DNA of 64,000 nt from the human T2T-CHM13v2.0 reference genome, Homo sapiens: assembly GCF_009914755.1 (NCBI RefSeq), contig NC_060927.1; one strand, 5' to 3'. Positions 27,335 to 40,433 of this stretch are shown piece by piece (position 1 is the stretch's first letter; the number at the start of each line of letters is the position of its first letter). Made by a program: the position numbers and the translations under genes. The notes below the pieces were generated by a model that did not search any database, was not told where the DNA came from, and saw nothing but the letters and a program-made list of their open reading frames with translations.

Positions 27335-28058
27335 CCTGAACCAACAATGGAGTGTTGAAGAATGCAAAAGGTACCCAACCTAGACAGTGATCTCATGGAG
27401 TCACTACGATTATTTACTGTTTACCTAGCACTTTAGCCCAGCAAAATTCAAGGTCAGTTATTATTGTCTACAGAACACAGGAAATAAAAATAGCACTTCA
27501 CAAATGGGAAAAACACAGCACCCTTGCTGGTAGGAGTCATATAGTTCAACTCAAACAAGTTCAAACACTTGATGGCCTAAAGCCATTGTCAATAACCATC
27601 CCAAGACATCAAAGAAAACAACCCAAAAGTACCTCTGGCCTTTTCCCCCCCATGAAGACAGAGGCTGAGTAATTATGTTATATATACAGGATACGCAACC
27701 TCAGATAAACTTAGGGCCAGGGTGGTGAAGTTACGCAGGCCTTTCTCTCAAAGATGGCCTTATGCTTTCTCTTTGTGAAAATGACAAAATATGAGCAAGC
27801 TATCATTTTCATATAAAAATAAATAATTCCAAGAAAACACATAGAAAAGTACATAAAACAGAAAAGCAAAGTGAGCTTCAAAAAAAAAAAAAGACAACAT
27901 GTGAATAAAAATAACTCACATTTTTCCCACACACCTCGTCATTGACTGAAATCTTCTTTCAATGAACTGATGATGGCATCATGCAAATGATTTTCAGAAT
28001 CACTTGCCATGGTTACAGTATAAGCTATGGACACCCACATACCCATCCACTAAAATGA

Positions 28059-28515
28059 GTATCTCAGTTAGGATTCTTTGGTGGGAAGTGACAGAAATGG
28101 ACCCCAGTTAACTTAAGCAAAGTAATAATGATCATAATAATCATTAACAATAAAAAATAAATTAGAAAATCTAAAGAAAAAGTGAACATTCAGGCTTTGG
28201 GAAGAATAGGATCAGAGATGCTCCAGGAAATTAGGAAATAGGTATTAAAAGATTATCTCTTTTAGTCTTTAGGGGAAAGTCATTGGAAAGACTCTTGTCA
28301 GTGCTTTGTGTCAATGTCCAAGCAGTGAATATTTGAAATTCTGAGAAGATGGGATAGTCTCACCTCAGACATGTGTCTGAGGAGGCTGAGGATAGCGAAC
28401 ATGACCACCTCATCAGAAAAGCAAGGGAGGAGGGAAGAGAAGTCCCAGAATGAAAAATTGAAGTACTATTAACAAAGAAAGGAGAAAGGGCTGCTGGGGA
28501 GACCAATACTACAGA
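28059..28515 (-). mobile_element. MaLR solo LTR (MLT1K/L-like)
   Basis: tcagttaggattctttggtgggaagtgacagaaa...ttaagcaaa at one end; aaaattgaagtactattaacaaagaaaggagaaagggctgctggg at the other. Confidence 0.6.
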
Positions 28516-30268
28516 TTCAATCATAGCTAATCTCAGAAAATATTGGTGCTGGACAGAAATCATCCATGGTTTACAAAACCTATTTGTGCAGTTTTATTTT
28601 TAATGTGAATGCAGCATGAAAACATATAATTAAAATTTTTTAATTGAGAAAAAATGTGATATAAGCTCAGACTCTTAAAGTTTTTCCCAGCCCTGCCACT
28701 AAAATAATTCCACCTGCAGCAACAGCAGCACTTGCATGCACAATGTGCCATCAGGAGCACTCACAAAGCACGGATTATGTTTTCAAATCACACTCATAGG
28801 AACCAGGACTTGGTAAAAACACCTGACTTCACGTTTTAGGGTAGGAAAAATTAGGATGGCAAGGGTGTGTCTTGCAGTTATAGATCAGCGTGTTTTCTAG
28901 GATGCCAGGGGATGTGCCAGAGAGACAACAAATCCAGCTGAAGAGCTACTACTCACAAGGTGTGACAATTCAAACATTCAAAGCAAACAAAAATATGCTA
29001 ATGATTATGGCTAATTAGAATAGTTGAATCTGTGAAAGGTAGAATTCATTATGGCACTGAAAAAAGTTCATTTCAAAAGTGTATAAAAGTAGTTGTAATA
29101 CAAAGATAGCATTTTATTTATTTTAACAAATAGTGAAATGTTGATGTAAGTGAGCTTTTAATTATTTCCATACATATATGTGTGTTTTTAAATCATAGTG
29201 ATATACTTGTTTTTATCTGTGTGTACAGGAAACAGTGAACACAGGAAGCCATGAATAAGTCAAATAGATCCAGAAAAGCTCACAGTACCAACAACAGGAC
29301 AGGACTGCTTAACACCAGTAGTCACAGATAATAACCAAGTGGGAAAAAAAACTATCAGTTGGTCAGTCCCAGAGATCATACACAACAGAAATTAAAAAGA
29401 GGAGCTCACAGTGTGTTACACAATGAATAATTAAAACAAAATCCCAAAGAAGGGAATTAACTGAGCAAATTTGATCCCTCATTGTCTGTGCAGAAAACCT
29501 CTGGGTGACTACTTATTAAAATCAAATACTTACGTGATATATAATTTGATTCCAGTAGTGCTAAAACCAGATAAACATATCACAATGGCAGCACAATACC
29601 CAATTATAGGCAGGGAAGACTCCAAATTCCAAAAAAAGTAAAAAGTAAAGGATTTTAGAATTCCCATTATTAACCACCAAGTATGAAACTTAACCATGAA
29701 TAAAAGGTTTCATCCTAATGATCATAGACTTGAGTTTCATTTAAATTGGGTCATACAATCAATTATTGTCTCTGCAAGAATCAGTTCCAATCCTGCAGCC
29801 TAAACTGGTCTCCATTTTTTTTCTTTATGCCTGATAATATTAGTACAACTAGGATGATTACTGCAACCCTAGAAATAGTATCTTCTTAGTTATAGCAACC
29901 AGGAAGGCAGTGTTGAGAAAGGTATAAAATTAAAATTTAAGAAATGAATAAAGAGAGAGAGGTAATGAAGAAACAAATGCAAATCCATTCCATGGTATTA
30001 GAACTTTCATAAACACTTTTAGTGTAAGTTTTTACATGTTTTGTAATCACTGATATTTTGTAATCATTGTGGTATTTTTCATGTTTGGTTTGTTTGGAGA
30101 CATGTTTAATATATTTAAGAGAGTAAGATATATTAAGTTTCACAGATTTAATTACAATCAAAGAAAGGGATTAAATATGTAATTAATTTTTATAGGTTGG
30201 GATACTTATTTTGACAAAGCCATAGTATTTTCATAGTAGCTGGGTCAGCAGTGTGAAAATATTTAAAC

Positions 30269-30491
30269 CAGAAGTCAGCAAACTTAGTCTAAAAAGGGCC
30301 AAATAGTAAACATTTTAGACTTGCAGGCCAGACTGTCTCTGTCACAATTACTCAACTCTATTGTTGTAGCATGAAGGAAACCATAGATAATACCTAAATG
30401 AATGGGCATGGTGTGTCCTGATAAAACTTTATTTACAAAAATAGGCAGCAGGCTAGATTTGGTCCTTGGGCTATATTTTTTTCAACTTCTA
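30269..30491 (+). mobile_element. MER58A (hAT-Charlie MITE)
   Basis: cagcaaact...aaagggccaaatagtaaacattttag...ctcaactct...aataaaactttatttacaaaa-like segment (gataaaactttatttacaaaa). Confidence 0.9.
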
Positions 30492-30994
30492 ATTTGGAGG
30501 AATAGTAATGGTTTTATATTTTAAAGAGTTTTAAAATAAATTCAAAAAATAGGCATTAAACAAGATACAAATGGTACTGAGTATTTTTTCCACATGCAAA
30601 ATTCCCTGAGATTTGAAAGAAATCAATCCGTCTAAGCCCAAGTCCAATCCACAGCCAACCATAGATTTTTAAAGGCCCAACTCCCCCTTCTTTTCCACTA
30701 TCCTATGTTGATAACGTATTAGCATTCCCTCATTCTGCCCAAGTTATGAGATATACTTTGCCTGAGATATGCTACTTCATAAGACACAGTCTCAAAATCT
30801 GCTTCTGTTTTCTTTCATTATACACATATATAATAAACCATTCTGACAGATGAAAGATGGATGGAAAAACAAGGACAAGGACATGAAGAGACTTTTTCAG
30901 ACACTAATTTGCTAAGAATTGGAAAATGGTCATGAGCTACACAACCTTATGGAATACTGGATAAATGTAAAAGAATAGTAACTTAATGCTATTA

Positions 30995-31130
30995 TAATGT
31001 AAGTTCTATTCAAAATATCAACCTTATCTGCTTTGTTTATTCCCATATCACTAATATCTAGAACAGAAGTGCTTTGAACATAGAAAGTGCTCAAAAATAT
31101 TTTAAAATAAGTCAAATAAATGAATGAATT
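30995..31130 (+). mobile_element. L2 3' end
   Basis: tatctagaacag...catagaaagtgctcaaaaatattt...aatgaatgaat. Confidence 0.6.
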
Positions 31131-31189
31131 CATGGGTGTGGGGACTTGGGTCCAAATTTGCCATAATGGTTGGTCCATACGATAGCTAG

Positions 31190-31646
31190 TCTGCAGCTCT
31201 GTCAGTGCCGGCACTCCTGGAAGCAGACACAGAGATGGAATTAGAAGTGCAAACATGTGTACTTGTCTGTGGAGGATAAATAAAGCAATTATAGGAAGGG
31301 AAAGACTTTATATCACAATGCCGATCTAACACCTATGAAAAGAGAGCAGGAAGGAAGGAAGTGCTTCAAACAGCAGTGTAGCTCGAGAAAGTCCTAGCCA
31401 CGACAAGGAAAGCCACAGAACAAACTGTTTTTTAGAGGAGTCTCTCACTGGGCAGAAGTGGCCTGGCTCACAGAACACCTCCTGTACCCAGTTACTCACT
31501 GGGAGCAGTTCTAAAAGAGCACAGACTTGAAGATGAAGGCTGTGGTGGATTCTAAAGGTGCAGCATCTGGAAGCTGTCTGCCGATTGCACTCTTCAGCAC
31601 GCTCTGTCTTGAGGGAAGGTCTGAGGGGCCCACCTCCATGACCACA
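31190..31646 (-). mobile_element. ERVL solo LTR (LTR40-like)
   Basis: Minus strand starts tgtggtcatggaggtgggcccctcagaccttccctcaaga; other end cctggaagcagacacagagatgga. Confidence 0.65.
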
Positions 31647-31772
31647 GAAACAAAAAGGCTCCCGGTTTCTAAGGGTGAGCAGATCAGATACAATTCCAAT
31701 ACTCAATTTTCTCTCCTATTTTTCACCATGAGCTCTGTGAGCTTTTTCTTCTTGAATATAGGAGGCCATTTC

Positions 31773-31887
31773 TCATGTCGCTTCACCATCGGTAGCGTAG
31801 CAACCCTCAAATCAGTAGGAGAAGGGAGAGCCAATTAAAACAGGTGGAGGTTTTCTTAGAACACAACTTAGGAAGACGACACGTCTA
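31773..31887. repeat. Copy 1 of a local 115-bp direct duplication
   Basis: Hand alignment to 34524-34645: 15 mismatches in 115 nt plus one 7-nt indel. Confidence 0.95.
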
Positions 31888-32279
31888 ACACGTGTCTTTC
31901 TTCTCATTCAAATGTGGGCGTGGATTTGAAACCTTTCACTTATGGAAACGTTTCTTTCATCAAGAAAGTTGACAGATGTCGACTTTTAAATTTACACATA
32001 GAAAGGGCATCTCTATGTGCCAGCGCCATCAGAGACTACAAAGCCATTCCCTCATCTGACAGATATCCCCCACTTAAGGGCTAAGTTTCCAGTAAATATC
32101 CACATCTAGCTTGTAAACCAAAGATGGAAACCCTTTGCTTCTATACCTAATTCTGAGACACTTCTTTCCTCTATTAGTCCAAATAAAGTGACAATGTACA
32201 CAGAAAAGTAAATATATTGTATAGAAATATAGTTATAAAATTATGCAAAATGTATAACAATCATACACTACTATTAGAT

Positions 32280-32500
32280 AGTAAAAAGCACTAAAGAAAT
32301 GCAAATAAGTGCTATGGATGTTCAAAAAAAGAAGATTATTTCCAACTGTGAAAAGTGGGGGAGAGTTTCATGGAGAACATGGCATTTAATCTGGGTCTTG
32401 AGAGATGAGTAATATTTGTACACATGGAGATGAGGTAAATGATATTGACAGAATCACAGACAAAAAAGCATGGAGCAAAAAAGCACAATTTTATTTTTAA
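32280..32500 (-). mobile_element. L2 fragment
   Basis: aagtgctatggatgttca...tttcatggagaacatggcatttaatctgggtcttgagagatgagta. Confidence 0.65.
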
Positions 32501-34186
32501 AATCAGGACAAAATAGTTTTCATGGCAGCAGGATTGATGACCTAATAAATTTCAGGCAGCTCTCTGGTTCCTAAATTTTAAATCTTAAGACACTGTAGGC
32601 ATGCCAATCACTGAATGATACACCATTATTGTTATTTGTTCATAAGTTTGACATCAGAAAAATTCACCTGAGTGTAGAAGATTGTCTCTTGGCCACAAGG
32701 GCCATTCTGTCTTGAGGATATATTTTGTTAGCAGGTATGACATATGTTAAAACAGAACTGAAGACACCCATAAAGTATAGCTATTGCATGACAGACAGAG
32801 TGTTTAAAAATAAGTTTAAGAGGGTGTCATTAAGTTCAAGTGGTGGCTCTGACACCAAATAGCTCCTCTCTGACTGATCTAAGAATGAACACATTCTCGC
32901 TGTACAGTGTTCCATTAGTGATTTTAATTGCATGCTAAGCTTTATAATTTGTTGCTGGCATTGAGGTTCATGTACTGTACTAATATTTATTCTGCATATT
33001 ATAAAACACCTTATTAAGTTTATTGCCCGCTTTCTATAAAATTTTTCATCTGACTTGCATGTGAAGAGCTAACTTACATACCTATTAAAAGTAGTGCTGA
33101 GTTACAGGTCCTGTTAATGTTCTCAACAGTTTTTTAACTGTTTTAAGTCTATGAAAGGAAAAAAAAAAGGATAATTTGTTTCCTACATTTTAAAATAAAC
33201 TATATTTACATCCTATTATGTAATATTTATGCCCTGAGGACCACCAATAATATAAATGGTAACTATCTAGTTGGTTTTTTATACCCCCTGACTGCCCCGA
33301 CCCCTGCCATGGAGCTGTTTCTGACAAATGGGACGAGAATATGTACCCTCCTTTAACTCACATCCAGTAAGTGAAGGATGCTTTATTTTAAGTGCCTAGC
33401 ACAGTCTCACACATTGTAGATGATTAAGGTTTAATGAAAAAAATAAAATGCGATGTATTAGAGTTACTCTCTAAACCTCCCCAGCATCACATCAGATCTT
33501 ATGGTGTATTTTCAGTACATCACAGTAGTGGCAGAGACACAAATCTAGAAGATAATTACAGAGCAACAACAAATTCCTCATCATTATCTCACCACACATC
33601 CTTGCCTCTCCCATCGACTTGCTTTAATCCTTTCTCTACTTTTTTCTAAACCTAAATCTTTGATGCACTAACTCCTGCTGAACATCTGCCATCTGAATAT
33701 TAAGAAAAATGTGTGAGCACTCAAGAATATTTCTGTGAGGCTTCTCTCTTCTTCCCTTGCTTTCCTCCAATTTCTTTCTTGAAAAATATCTCCAAAACAT
33801 GAATAGGTGAGTCAACAGCTCCTATTCTTCCTACCAAACAAAAAGATGTAATAGAAATGTTTTTATTCATTATAGGCCAGAGATAATCACCGCATGACAG
33901 GAAAGTTCCTAAGAGGATAGGTGCTCTTTTCTTACAAGTATAAGTTAAATTATGTAAAAGTCTATGAGCAGTAAACATTGTATATTTATGTTCTAGAGAT
34001 AATGTGATTATTTTGGAGACGCTGATACAGTGATCACTTTTCCATAATTCTACTGACCCACCCAATGTATCATTCTTACCTTCACTGACTTGTTTGGCAA
34101 AAGCAGGGTTCAATGGCAGAGAATGGGCTGGCTTGAGTGACTCCCACCAATAAAAATAAAATGTGTCACTGCTTTCCTGGTAATAA

Positions 34187-34415
34187 GAGCTGTGGGCACA
34201 GAACAAGCATGGGCTCTAGAGTCAAGTATACCCGGTTTGAATCCCAGCTCTTCTGTTTAGTATGTTACTCAACCTATCTGCAACTCTGGTTCTCGAAGGT
34301 ATGAAATAAGGTAGTCATACATACTTGATAAGGTTATTGTTAGGGTTAAATGAAAAAAAATGTATTATGAAGTGTCCGGCACAGAGCATGTACTCACTAA
34401 ATGATTGTTTTCATT
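34187..34415 (+). mobile_element. MIR SINE
   Basis: aagcatgggctctagagtca...ggtttgaatcccagctc...ggttattgttagggttaaatga...agtgtccggcacag. Confidence 0.75.
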
Positions 34416-34523
34416 TTTAAGTTATTTTATTTCCTGTCCTTATTTTCCCTCGATTCCTTTAAAATTGCCCTAGAATAGTTTGTTACACACACCTGCAGCG
34501 ACGGCATTCCTGGAAAGCTCTTG

Positions 34524-34645
34524 TCATGTCACTTCACCATTGATAGTGTAGCAACCCTCGAATCAGTCGGAGAAGGGAGAAGGGAGAGCGGATTAAAACA
34601 GGTGTAGGCTTTCTTAGAATACAACTTAGCAAGGTGACATGTCTA
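34524..34645. repeat. Copy 2 of the local direct duplication
   Basis: As for 31773-31887, with an extra tandem gaaggga. Confidence 0.95.
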
Positions 34646-37257
34646 TCGCAAAGTATGTGTTTCAGGTGAGTTTTACATCTTAAAAGAACCCAGAATCTAA
34701 ATTATGAATACATTACTGCTACTTAAATCTTTTTTGAAGTCTTGGGTTTCTTATTATTTTCCACAAATAAAAATGCTGTACAAGTGGAGAGGTGACCGGG
34801 AAGAAACTGAATTAATGGCATTAGGTTATGGCACTGTTTCATCTGTTGCTGAAGAGCAAATTCAACAGAGAACAGGTAAGGAAGTACAAGAAGGAAAAGA
34901 AGAAGAGGTGCATTGGACAGTGTAGTATATCAAGATATCATTAGCTTATTTTTTCAAAATTTACTAAAGATACACATCATTAAAAGATAAATCTAGTCCT
35001 TATTATCAAGGAGCTTATGAGGAATGAATTAATATTTTTGATTAATGCAAATATGAAGATGTGTTCAGTGGAGACACCTAGGTTAATTTCTCACCCCAGA
35101 TGCTGCCCACATGATTAGAGAGTGGAGAGTGCAACACAGAGAATATTTCAAGCCTGGCTATACTGTCTGTTATAAACCTAGAAGTCTCTTGAACATATCA
35201 TATACTCCAATGTAATTTCTCCAACATGTATGTTCACTTCATGTCATTTTAAATCTATACTAAGCTGCTGAGAGAAACAAGCTCTTGGTTTAATTCAAAT
35301 AAGTCTAAGTTGGATGACTGTCCTACCTTGTTGCTTTGAAGTAAAAAGATAAGTAGATGATTTTGGAAAAATTAAACTAGTCACTGAAACCTTCAAAATG
35401 AGACCTACTTAATATGTTTGTTGTGGTGGTGGTTGTTTTATGCTCCTGTTCTTAAAAAAGGAAATCTATTTTTTTTTAAAAGATGCCCAGGATGATCTGA
35501 GAGTGACTTAGATCAATCCAGTTAAGACCTCATTACAATGCAACATAATATCTTCAAAGAAAACTGCCAGGCACACCTAGCCAAAGCTTAGGGGTTCATT
35601 GTTCCAGAGGGTGGAACTGACTGTGATGGTAAAGAAAAACAACCTATGTTATCAAGGCCAATGAACCAGAGGTGCAAATATAGTTAATGATGTGTTTTTA
35701 CAACAAATTCTTATTTTTCCTTTTAACCCTACTGAGACCATGGTCATTTTGACATTTCCATATTTGGTGCTAACCTAACAGCTAGTGTGTGTTTTCAAAT
35801 GGAATAGCTAAAGAATTTTAGAATAGAAGCTCTACCACAATGCAGCTTTTAAATATACTTTCAACTATTCTTTGATCTTTTTGCAAGGAAAACTTCTTAT
35901 GAACTCTAAAGTATTCTTTCATCTATTCTACTTTAGGTGACCTGTTCATTTTATTTCTACCTTCATCATGCATATCCATCACCAAAAGTATATGCTTTAT
36001 TTGTTTTATCAAGTCACAGCATTTTATTTTCAATTGCCTGATTGTACATGATATTAAAAAAAGATGTATTAATATTTGCATGTCTTACCTGACTTGCAGT
36101 TAGAGTTATTAGCAGCACTGTATCCAAGAAACATTCTGTGTAAAATAGGTTCTGGGATCCTGGGTAACAGATTAAAAAAAAAAGAAATCCAGGACATTTC
36201 CTTCACAACAATCTCTTTCCATCTTCTTGTCTTTTGTTGGGTCTTTTCATTTTAGATTTTCTTCCCCAGAAAGTAGGTAGATACGACTGCCGGCATCCCT
36301 ACAGCCTTTTGTTAATACAGTAATGACAGAAGTAGACCTTTCAAAGGTGTGCTTGAAGTATGCAATTTCCAGTTCCTTTTGAATGGTTCAATATACACCC
36401 TTTGCTTTTTATTCAGACTAAACACAATCAAAAGTGTACCTTCAGAAATCGTAGATTTTATGCTTTCCAACTCCACATTTCCCATTTATGCTGAACTGGA
36501 AATCAGGAGGTTATCAATATTACACCAAGGAAAATGTGGGAAGGGGAGATATCATTTCTTTTAAATAACATCTAAGAACTCTACTATATTCATGGTGATT
36601 TTTCTTTATGGCATTTTACTAGGATTCCAAACCACCATGATCCTACTTCATTGTAATAAAGTACCCACAGTATTAGGTGAAGCAACTAGGAGACACATAC
36701 TTCTTCTATGTTACCAGAGTAATTTTTACCATCCAAAAGATACTTGGAACCAGGGAAAGTAAAGATGGCATGTTGATTCTAAAATGCATTTTACTGCATA
36801 TTTCCAAGGTCTTCAAAATCTAAGACTTAGTTCTGGAAATTAGCCAGCAAATCATTTTTTTATTAATGATAAGAAAAAATACATAATAAATGAATGCAAG
36901 GTTCATTTTTTATCTCTGATTTATTTTATTTCATTTTATTTATTTTTGGTTAGCCAGCTTATTCTCACATTGAAGAAAATGACACTGACTACTGGGATCA
37001 CTAGGAGGTCCTAGTCAAAAATATTCCCCTCTAAATTGAGATTTAACATTTATTTGGTAAAAGATCATTTTCCTAGCTGCTCAGTGGTAACAGTTTGTAC
37101 TACTAATAGTCACTTAAGACTGAGCGTGTTTTAGAGGATTTTAGAGAATATTTTGGCAAAGAAATGGGAAATAAAACATGAATGCACCAAGAAATCCAGG
37201 AGCTCTGGGAAACTGGTGTTGCTCATGTAGGAGCTCCTTTTTTACCGCCAATGGATG

Positions 37258-37258
<1 letters not shown>

Positions 37259-37304
<46 letters not shown>
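37259..37304. repeat. (TG)23 microsatellite
   Basis: Direct reading, uninterrupted. Confidence 0.97.
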
Positions 37305-37305
<1 letters not shown>

Positions 37306-37344
37306 TCTACCAATCATGACACAGGATTCTCTATAACATAATGA

Positions 37345-38033
37345 ATAACTAATCCAATATTCTATTTGAATGTTTCATAAAGTTTACATTTAGGAAAATT
37401 ATCAAGTCCTGGTGAATTTGAGATGAAGCAAATTCACCATGTGAGAAAATTAAGGATTGAAGATTATTTATTATCAAGAGTTATTTAATTTTCCATTTAT
37501 TCTTCAGTCAAGTCTGGTAATTTAAATTTTCCAAAACAACTGTTCACTTTAAGATTTCAAAGTTATTGATTTAAAGTTCACATTAGTCATGTTTTTTAAT
37601 CTCTATAATTAATATCTCCACTTTTGTCCGTAGTATTGTTTTACTTTGTACCTTTATCTTTTCATTTTCTTGATTCATTTTTCTAGATCACTCTATTTTT
37701 AAAGTATGTACTTTTAAAGCATATAAAATTTCCCATCTAGTAGGTTACATAGGATACAATAAAAATAGAAAAAATAGATCTCATATAGAGAGTGCTTGGA
37801 AAATAATTTCTTTGTGAGGTGCAGAAGCCTATTTCTATATATTAGGTAAAGTGCTAATTTTATTGTTTGAAAACACTTTCTGGCCCACTTGATTCATCAG
37901 TTTTTGACAAGGATATGGTAAACCTCACTGTAAATGAAATTCCTTTGTTAATTTAGTACATACAAGTTCGTGGCTAAAATATTTCTCTTCCTAGATTGTT
38001 CCATTTATTGTTTGCAATGCCCCTCCTTATTTC
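37345..38033 (-). mobile_element. Old L1M ORF2 remnant (resumes at about 39955-40056)
   Basis: T-rich antisense L1 ORF2-like sequence (tcaagtctggtaattt, gtacatacaagtt; ctagctttcttctggtt after the younger L1). Confidence 0.55.
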
Positions 38034-39954
38034 TTTTTTTAAAAATTAATTTTGTTTTATTTTAAGTTCTGGGATACATGTGCAGGATGTGCAGCTTTGT
38101 TACACAGGTAAATGTGTGCCATAGTGGTTTGCTGCATCTATTAACCCATCACCTAGGTATTAAGCCCTGCATGCATTAGCCCTTTATCGTTATGCTCTCC
38201 CTCCCCCAAACCCCCTGACAGGCCCCAGTGTGTGACATTCCCCTCACTGTCTCCATATGCTCTCATTGTTTAGTTTCCACTTATAAGAAAGAGCATGCTA
38301 TGTTTGGTTTTCTTTTCCTGTGTTAGTTTGCTGAGGATAATGGCTTCCAGCTCCATCCATGTCCCTGCGAAGGACATGATCTCATTCCTTTTTATGGCTG
38401 CATAGTATTCCATGGTGTATATGTACCACATTTTCTTTATTCAATCTATCATTGGTGGGCATTTGGATTGATTCCATGTCTTTGCTATTGTGAATAGTGC
38501 TGCAATGAACATACGCATGCATGCAGCTTTAAAATAGAATGATTTATATTCCTCTGGGTATATACCCAGTAATGGGATTGCTGGGGCAAATGATATTTCT
38601 GGTTCTAGGTGTTTGAGGAATAGCCACACCATCTTCCACAATGGTTGAACTAATTTACATTCCCGCCAACAGTGTAAAAGGGTTCCCATTTCTCCACAGC
38701 CTCGCCAGCATCTGTTGTTTCTTAACTTTTTATTATGATCGGTGTGAGATGGTATCTCGTTGTGGTTTTGATTTGCATTTCTCTAATAATCAGTGATGTT
38801 GAGCATGTTTGTTGGCCATATAAATGTCTTCTTTTGAGAAATCTGTTCATGTCCTTTGCCCACTTTTTAATGGGGTTGTTTCTTTCTTGTAAATTTGTTT
38901 AAGTTCCTTGTAGATTCTGGATATTAGACCTTTGTCAAATGTATAGATTGCAAAAATTTTCTCCCATTCTCTAGTTTGTCTGTTCACTCTGATGATAGTT
39001 TCTTTTGCTGTGCAGAAGCTCTTTAGGTTAATTAGATCCCATTTGTCAATTTTTGCCTTTGTTGCAATTGCTTTTGGTGATTTTATCATGTACTCTTTGC
39101 CCATGCCTATGTCCAGAATGGTATTGCCTAGATTTTCTTCTAGAGTTTTTATAATTATGGGTTTCACATTTAAGTCTTTAATCCATCTTGAGTTAATTTT
39201 TGTATAAGGTATAAGGAAGGGGTCCAGTTTCAATTTTCTGCTTGTGGCTAATCAGTTTTCACAACACAATTTATTAAATAGGGAATCCTTTCCCTATTGC
39301 TTGTTTTTGTCAGGTTTGTCAAAGATCAGATGGTTATAGATGTGTGGTCTTAATTCTGAGATCTCTATTCTATTCCATTGGTCTATGTGCCTGTTTTTGT
39401 ACCAGTACCATGCTGTTTTGGTTACTGTAGCCCTGTGGTATAGTTTGAAGTCAGGTAGTGTGATGTCTCCAGCTTTGTTCTTTTTGCTTAGGATTGTCTT
39501 GGCTATACAGGCTCTTTTTTGGTTCTGTGTGAATTTTAAAGTAGTTTTTTTCTAATTTTGTGAAGATGTCGATGGTAGTTTAATGGGAATAACATTGAAT
39601 CTATAAATTACTTTGAACGGTATGGCCATTTTCATGATATTGATTCTTTCTATACATGAGCATGGAATGTTTTTCCATTTGTTTTTGTCCTCTCTGATTT
39701 CCTTGAGCAGTGGTTTGTAGTTTCTCTTTGAAGAGGTCCTTCACTTCCCTTGTTAGCTGTACTCATAGGTATTTTATTCTCTTTGCAGCAATTGTGAATG
39801 GGGGTTCATTCATGATTTGGCTCTCTACTTGCCTTTTGTTGGTGTATAGAAATGCTTGTGATTTTTGCACATTGATTTTGTATGCTGAGACTTTGCTGAA
39901 GTTGCTTATGAGCTTAAGGAGCTTTTTTGCTGAGATGATGGGGATTTCTAGGTA
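38034..39954 (-). mobile_element. L1PA (PA10/PA11-like) ORF2 3' part plus 3' UTR, 5'-truncated
   Basis: ORFs 38847 ([21 protein letters not shown]) and 38441 (GTLLHCWRECKLVQPLWK) are L1 ORF2; TSD tccttatttc at 38024-38033 and 39955-39964. Confidence 0.96.
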
Positions 39955-40056
39955 TCCTTATTTCAATGAATGCCTTTGTCTTAAATTATTTTTCTTTTGA
40001 TATTCATGTCACTACACTAGCTTTCTTCTGGTTGTTTTTTTGTATGGCATTTTAAC

Positions 40057-40116
40057 TTTTTTTTTTTTTTTTTTTTTGGACAGGGTTTCACTCTGTCACC
40101 CAGGCTGGAGTGCAGT
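40057..40116 (-). mobile_element. Alu 3' fragment with poly-T
   Basis: T-run then gacagggtttcactctgtcacccaggctggagtgcagt. Confidence 0.85.
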
Positions 40117-40119
40117 AAA

Positions 40120-40379
40120 CCCCCTAGGCTCTTTATTCTTCTATGTCTTTGCTGAAATTATTTCTTTTCTGAGGCTTTCTATATTTTCATTTGCTTCAAG
40201 TGTCTTTGCAGTTGCTCACTGAAGGATATTTTTCATGGCTGCTTTAAATTTATTTTCAGATCATTCTAACATCTTTGTCATCTCAGTATTGGCATCTGTT
40301 CATTGTTATTTTTCATTCCATTTGAGTTCTCCCCAGTTTGTTGTTATAACAAATGATTTTCAATTAAAACCTGGACTTT

Positions 40380-40380
<1 letters not shown>
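40120..40380 (-). mobile_element. L1MC-type 5'/ORF1-region fragment
   Basis: catggctgctttaaat...tcagatcattctaacatctttgtcatctcagtattggcatctgtt. Confidence 0.55.

Positions 40381-40381
<1 letters not shown>

Positions 40382-40431
<50 letters not shown>
40382..40431. repeat. (TA)25 microsatellite
   Basis: Direct reading, uninterrupted. Confidence 0.97.

Positions 40432-40433
<2 letters not shown>

Noticed and set aside
29200-29260. Possible splice acceptor tgtacag followed by purine-rich sequence
   Set aside because: Weak pyrimidine tract, stops in all frames and no clear donor
31773-31887. Duplicated module as a snoRNA
   Set aside because: No correctly placed C/D boxes or two-hairpin H/ACA layout that I can see on either strand
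33721-34206. 161-codon minus-strand ORF
   Set aside because: Non-ATG start inside a MIR edge and no recognisable domain
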